Origin: a virus
Lineage: Duplodnaviria > Caudoviricetes
DNA length: 64,000 nt
IMG/VR virus record: IMGVR_UViG_3300043959_000228
Direction: 5' to 3' (one strand)
The notes under the pieces were generated by a model, which saw only the letters and a program-made list of their open reading frames with translations, had not been told where the DNA came from and did no database searches. Shown in pieces: positions 59,139-64,000 of the stretch (position 1 is its first letter; each line of letters begins with the position of its first letter). The position numbers and the translations under genes were made by a program.

Positions 59139-60227
59139 ATGGACATTTCCAATGTGATAAAGAGCATTAAGTCTCTATTCATGAAGGGACCAGATAAGGG
59201 CGACGACAAGCCATCTAATGCAGGTGGCGTTTCGAGTGCTGTTCTTGAAGCATTGAGTCATGAGGATGATGAACCCTCTGATAGTAATGATATTGACATG
59301 CTTGGTGTGGTCGGAGTGCCCAGAAAATACGAAATATCTGATGAGTATCTTCTTCCCGGTGATCTTGACCGAATTAAATTTGATATTACTAAGCCGTCCG
59401 GATACGATACGGCCATGGTTGATGATTTCTATGAGAACGTATATAACACGTTGAATCATTTATTAGACATTATTAGAAAACGTGATTCAGACGTGAACAA
59501 ATGCGATAAGTTCATTAATCGTTTAGCTGTTGACCTACATAACTCCAAACTGAGTGATGAAATGAGCGAAGGATTGACCGTACTCCCAGGTCAACCATCA
59601 ACATCTGAGGCTGAATTACAACAGGCTAATTTGAGGATTATCAAACTCCAAGAAGAGTTGAAAGCCTATAAATCGACCGGAACGCCTAGAAATACTGGTG
59701 ACTCTAAGTTCGATGACATCCAGAATCAGGTGAGCATTCTACAAGCGAAGAACAGACAATTAACATCTGAAAACAAACGACTACGATTACATGGCGCAGC
59801 CGATGTCGAATCAAATCTCTCCCCGAATATTGATCCTATTGACGACGAGTTAGAGCCTGATGATATGAGTATGCCGTTACCCGATTTTGATGAAGTCGAA
59901 GACATGGCTATGAAGACCGAGGGCTATAAGAATAGTCCTAAAGGATTAGAGAACGTTGCTAAAGCCGACGCATCAGTTGACTTAGATATGGGACCGTCTG
60001 ATAAGAACCATCATGCATCATCATTACCCGTTCCAGACGATATGGTCATACCATCTCCAGAGGATGGATCTCTTCCTCAGATGAGTATGCCTATGCCAGA
60101 TGACCAGTCATCAGATGACGAGGAACTAGAGTTGCCACTCCCATCCGTCATGGATGACTCATATGAGGATATTAATTTTACCGATGGTCACGATGACGGT
60201 GAAATAGACATGTCAAAGTTAGTGTGA
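59139..60227 (+). CDS. DivIVA-domain protein
   Basis: LLPGDLDRIKFDITKPSGYDTAMVDDFY DivIVA signature, coiled coil, acidic/Pro-rich tail. Confidence 0.7.
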   Translation: MDISNVIKSIKSLFMKGPDKGDDKPSNAGGVSSAVLEALSHEDDEPSDSNDIDMLGVVGVPRKYEISDEYLLPGDLDRIKFDITKPSGYDTAMVDDFYENVYNTLNHLLDIIRKRDSDVNKCDKFINRLAVDLHNSKLSDEMSEGLTVLPGQPSTSEAELQQANLRIIKLQEELKAYKSTGTPRNTGDSKFDDIQNQVSILQAKNRQLTSENKRLRLHGAADVESNLSPNIDPIDDELEPDDMSMPLPDFDEVEDMAMKTEGYKNSPKGLENVAKADASVDLDMGPSDKNHHASSLPVPDDMVIPSPEDGSLPQMSMPMPDDQSSDDEELELPLPSVMDDSYEDINFTDGHDDGEIDMSKLV

Positions 60228-60311
60228 TAGATACGATAATAAAATCGCGTCTATTCATTGCATCATCGCTATTGCTGACACGATCATATGCATATTGGTA
60301 CCATATGATAT

Positions 60312-62591
60312 ATGCGTACAATAAAAGGTCTTCTCCATACGACGATAGGCGTTATCGGTCTTATCGTCGTATTTGTTTCAGCTATGGCCGCATTCGGATG
60401 CCTGGTCTTTCTCGGTGTCGCACCCGTTGTCAGATATTGGGTAGAGGCTGATGATACCCTACCAGAGATACAGACCAATCAACATACGGTCATGTATGAT
60501 AAGAACGGTTCTCAATTCGCTGAGATATGGTCAGAGGACAGAAAAGAGGTTAAGTCAATCAACGATATTAACCCGATCATGAGGTCTTCTATTCTATCAG
60601 CAGAGGATAAGGACTTCTATTCACATGGTGCAATCGATGTACCAGCAACGGTGAGGAGTGTAGTTAGTAGCTCTGGCGGTGGATCTGGAATTACTCAGCA
60701 GCTCATTAAAAATCTGCTCTTTTATCGGAATAACGCCACGACTGCTGAGAAGAAAACAGCGTCTGAGACTACCATATCGAGGAAGATTAGGGAGTTAAAA
60801 CTCGCCTTGTCATATGAGAAGAATCATTCTAAGGATGATATCCTATTAGAGTATCTGAATACGGTGGCTATTGGTGGACCTAACACGTATGGCATTGAAA
60901 CAGCTTCGGAGTCTATATTTAATAAGTCCGCGAAGGACCTAACGTTAGGTGAGGCGGCAGCTTTAGCGGGGTCAGTGAATAATCCTAGTCTATATAATCT
61001 TACAAGAATGAATGACGCTGATAACGCTAAACGAGTTAAGACGAGACAAGAATATGTGCTCTCTCGATTGTTAGCTGATGGAAAAATATCGAAGAAGGAT
61101 TATGATCAGGCGGTAAAGGATCCTATTACAACGAATATGCAGGAAAGAACGGGATCGTGCTCAGCCAGTAAGTATCCTTTCTACTGTCAGATGGTTGTTG
61201 ATTATTTGCTGAAAGATGGTATGCTCGGTAATACGGCGGATGAACGGGCAAGAAGCGTAGCCGCAGGTGGATTGGAAATTAAAACCCCACTAGATCCTAC
61301 GATGATCGACCAATTAGAACATCAATTGAAGACTGATTGGGGAACTGATAATACCAAGGTCCAGGCAACTGCCGTTGTCCAACCAGGAACAGGATACATT
61401 ATGGCCATAGGATCTAATCGTGACTGGGGATTAGATGCATCTAAGGGTCAGACGCAGGTTGTGCTTCCAACGAGTAAGACACAAACAGGATCAACCTATA
61501 AGATGATGACCCTAGCCGCCGCGTTAAATGCCGGTTGGTCTGAGGATCGATTGAACGCTGTTTCTAGTGCCTGCCCATGGACAAAGAATGGTTTTGATAC
61601 GCCAGTTGGAGGTATCCGTAATTCAACGTCATGTGCCTTACAGGGTGGACATCTGAGTTATCGTCAGGCTACGGCTTATTCAGCGAATACTTGGTTCGTA
61701 GAATTAGAGTCGCAGATAGGCGTGAATGCTGTTAAAAACTTCTCTAAGAGTGTAGGATTGACTGTTCCCGATTCGATAACTAGCCGATCAGCTTCGTTCG
61801 CGCTTGGCGTCACTGACAATAGTCCTGTTGACATGGCCGCAGCTTACGCCACATTCGCTAATAAGGGTGTGTATTGTCCAGCAAGCCCGATCATATCCAT
61901 GCAACGAGCAGATGGTGACGCAATTCAGCCGCCAGATGAATGGAATCCTGATTCTACGACGTGCAGGTCGGTTATGAGTCCGCATTCTGCTAGTATCATT
62001 CTGAAAGCTCAAGACGCCAATATCAATGGAACTGATATCCCCGGTCGTTTCGGAGAGAAAGCCGCGGTTGCCGGGCATCTCACTGTTGGCAAGTCTGGCA
62101 CAACAACAAATTACGCTAATCAGGTATGGACTCAAACCGTTGGACAATATGTCGTGTTTTCAAACGGATATGATCCTAGAGGTAACTTCCAGCATACTAT
62201 GGAGCATTATCGTTGGCGAGGATACTCGTCTAGTCCTGCTACGGAGGCGGTATTACAATCAACACGAGACTTTATATCGACGAATCTACAGGGCCAAAAT
62301 AACGCTGGATTAGATTTGACTAACACCGATGATAATTGGAAGAAAGTTGCGTCCGCTAATAAGAGTATGGTGACAATACCAGATCTTCGTGGTATGAAAC
62401 CATCGTCTGCTTTAGAAACCTTGCGCTCATTAGGTATTAATGGAGCTGTTCTCAAAGTTAAGGAACACGCTGATCAAGTGCAGAATAATAGTCAATGGCC
62501 TAGTGGTGTCATATATCACCAGTCTATTGATCCAGGAACCAAGATTCTTATAGGATCAAATAAAATCATCGCTTTATCCGTTGCTGAATAG
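60312..62591 (+). CDS. class A penicillin-binding protein (transglycosylase-transpeptidase-PASTA)
   Basis: EDKDFYSHGAID, GSGITQQLIKN, RKIRE, YLN; STYK, SAN, KSGT; IPDLRGM PASTA. Confidence 0.93.
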   Translation: MRTIKGLLHTTIGVIGLIVVFVSAMAAFGCLVFLGVAPVVRYWVEADDTLPEIQTNQHTVMYDKNGSQFAEIWSEDRKEVKSINDINPIMRSSILSAEDKDFYSHGAIDVPATVRSVVSSSGGGSGITQQLIKNLLFYRNNATTAEKKTASETTISRKIRELKLALSYEKNHSKDDILLEYLNTVAIGGPNTYGIETASESIFNKSAKDLTLGEAAALAGSVNNPSLYNLTRMNDADNAKRVKTRQEYVLSRLLADGKISKKDYDQAVKDPITTNMQERTGSCSASKYPFYCQMVVDYLLKDGMLGNTADERARSVAAGGLEIKTPLDPTMIDQLEHQLKTDWGTDNTKVQATAVVQPGTGYIMAIGSNRDWGLDASKGQTQVVLPTSKTQTGSTYKMMTLAAALNAGWSEDRLNAVSSACPWTKNGFDTPVGGIRNSTSCALQGGHLSYRQATAYSANTWFVELESQIGVNAVKNFSKSVGLTVPDSITSRSASFALGVTDNSPVDMAAAYATFANKGVYCPASPIISMQRADGDAIQPPDEWNPDSTTCRSVMSPHSASIILKAQDANINGTDIPGRFGEKAAVAGHLTVGKSGTTTNYANQVWTQTVGQYVVFSNGYDPRGNFQHTMEHYRWRGYSSSPATEAVLQSTRDFISTNLQGQNNAGLDLTNTDDNWKKVASANKSMVTIPDLRGMKPSSALETLRSLGINGAVLKVKEHADQVQNNSQWPSGVIYHQSIDPGTKILIGSNKIIALSVAE

Positions 62592-62661
62592 GTATAATGC
62601 CTCATATTGGTGATGAACACCAGAGATCATAAGAAGATAGTCCAATAATGAGAGGATAATC

Positions 62662-63141
62662 ATGGCGGCTTCAAACGTAACGACATTAGTTCAACAGATG
62701 GCCGAGGCCCGTAAGGCCGTTGAACAAGCCTTAAAGAAAACTGATACGAAGGAACATACTCTTAATGAGAAGATATCCTCTATTGAGGATCAATTACATA
62801 AGGCTAAGAATCAACTTCAAGAAGTCCTTCAGGAGAAGAACGATCTTACTGCCGCATTGGGTGGATCAGCGCCAACGGTCAGTTCTGATGATGGTCATGA
62901 TGAGATCATCGTTGAAGACGAGCCATCCTCTGATCATGAAGATGCTCATCAAGAGAGTTCATCGAAACCAATCGTAGAGGATCATAGTCAGGACCCAGCC
63001 AATGATGATCTTGACGATTTTGATAATATTGATCCTCAGCAGCCATCATCTGATGCATCTAGTGATACAGCAACCCCTACGCCCAAGGCATCCTCAACGG
63101 CCTATGTCGCTGAGGATGATGAAGACGATGAGTTCATCTAA
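62662..63141 (+). CDS. coiled-coil protein with acidic disordered tail
   Basis: 159 aa, GAGGA RBS, ends EDDEDDEFI. Confidence 0.6.
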   Translation: MAASNVTTLVQQMAEARKAVEQALKKTDTKEHTLNEKISSIEDQLHKAKNQLQEVLQEKNDLTAALGGSAPTVSSDDGHDEIIVEDEPSSDHEDAHQESSSKPIVEDHSQDPANDDLDDFDNIDPQQPSSDASSDTATPTPKASSTAYVAEDDEDDEFI

Positions 63142-63193
63142 TCGTTATCACGGTACAATGTTCATTACCATACATAAGCATAAGGAGTAAGCA

Positions 63194-64000
63194 ATGGAAA
63201 TACAGTTCGATAGGCAGGACTTCATTAACGCCGTTAAATGGTCTACGGAGATTATCGACGTGAAGAACGATCTGGCTACAGTCAGAATGGACGCAAACGA
63301 TGATGGAACTGTAGAGTTCTCATCAGTTTCTGGTGAGGGCGAGAGGTCAATTACTATTCCCGCGACCATCACCGATTTTACGGACGAGCCATTAGAGTTA
63401 GTTGCTGGAGCTTTGAAGAAAGTTCCATCTCAGATTACATCTGATAGTGTCGTTTTGACGTATTCTGATAAGGACAGGACGCAATTATCGGCTAATGTCG
63501 GATTAAAGTTGAAGCTGCCTATCATGTCTAGTCAGGATAGGCCATTGCACGATATATCGTCAATGGATTATGTTGGCGTTATAGCTCCGGCTGATCTGTT
63601 TTACGTGGCTTCACGACTGGCTGTGGTCAGCGATGAAAGTGTATCTGATTCCCGTTTCCGTTGTCTAGATTTTGAGACTCAAGACGATGGCCATATCAAA
63701 GTCGTGGCCACTGATGGATTCGTATTCACAACACGTTTGATTAGTTATCAGCCAGACGCTGATAAGGATTATGAGGATCGTCAATTCATCCTTCCGTCAA
63801 GTGATATTAAGAAAATGTCTGATGCTAGCAATGCTTCCAGCGTTGACGTGTATGTAGACGATGCATCTATTCTCTTCTCATTTGATGATGGAAGAACCAG
63901 TAGAATTAATAAGTTCCTTGAGGAGTTTCTGGAATATCAGGTACTTGTCTATGGGGAGAGGGAGAATGAGGAATCATTTGACGTCTCCTTCGAGGATTTG
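63194..64000 (+). CDS. dnaN: DNA polymerase III beta clamp-like protein (runs off the window end)
   Basis: Not in the ORF track; manual translation from ATG 63194 (AAGGAG RBS) gives MEIQFDRQDFINAVKW...IKVVATDGF...FILPS, open to the window end. Confidence 0.75.
   Translation, partial: MEIQFDRQDFINAVKWSTEIIDVKNDLATVRMDANDDGTVEFSSVSGEGERSITIPATITDFTDEPLELVAGALKKVPSQITSDSVVLTYSDKDRTQLSANVGLKLKLPIMSSQDRPLHDISSMDYVGVIAPADLFYVASRLAVVSDESVSDSRFRCLDFETQDDGHIKVVATDGFVFTTRLISYQPDADKDYEDRQFILPSSDIKKMSDASNASSVDVYVDDASILFSFDDGRTSRINKFLEEFLEYQVLVYGERENEESFDVSFEDL

Noticed and set aside
812-63372. Many 60-170 aa ORFs nested in or antisense to long genes (e.g. 1540..2058, 7058..7471, 15558..15980, 60224..60451)
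   Set aside because: They are shadow ORFs with no motifs and overlap well-supported genes.
1-64000. Prophage or jumbo phage interpretation (PhoH, dCMP deaminase, NadR/PnuC, exonuclease)
   Set aside because: No capsid, terminase, portal, tail or integrase is recognisable; the Rep and conjugation/pilus genes fit a plasmid-like element better. A phage-plasmid cannot be excluded from this window alone.
1-64000. CRISPR array, tRNA, rRNA or IS elements
   Set aside because: No regularly spaced direct repeats, cloverleafs or transposase motifs were seen by eye.

Overview
This gene-dense, mostly + strand 64 kb window looks like part of a large conjugative extrachromosomal element (megaplasmid or chromid-like), probably of an actinobacterial host. 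The host call is inferred from DUF3566, DivIVA, the PASTA-PBP, Tad pseudopilins and leaderless genes. No capsid, terminase, integrase, rRNA, tRNA or CRISPR array was seen. Contents: (i) a ColE2/pAL5000-type replicase behind a ~500 bp structured intergenic region (candidate ori); (ii) replication and repair genes (5'-3' exonuclease, RecA, DnaG, RecG, HU, partial DnaN); (iii) a dispersed transfer system (VirB4-like N-half, FtsK/coupling-like N-half, signal peptidase I plus an apparently dead paralogue, A24 prepilin peptidase, TadE/TadG-like pilins, three large VirB6-like paralogues, lysozyme-CHAP hydrolase); (iv) cell-wall genes (class A PBP, L,D-transpeptidase, NlpC/P60, DivIVA-like); (v) accessory genes (PnuC-Nudix-NadR, dCMP deaminase, PIN-PhoH, TelA, Hsp20, two CPBP proteases). 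Four signals stand out. First, a second promoter-like motif (NATATC-N8-start) precedes most transfer genes, and the element encodes a divergent sigma-like protein. Second, an FtsK-like protein stops just before its Walker A motif and ends in what resembles the N-fragment of an atypically split intein. Third, a 101-bp dispersed repeat carries a compensatory stem change. Fourth, several pseudo-enzymes sit among the transfer genes. All family calls come from motif recognition by eye, with no database search.
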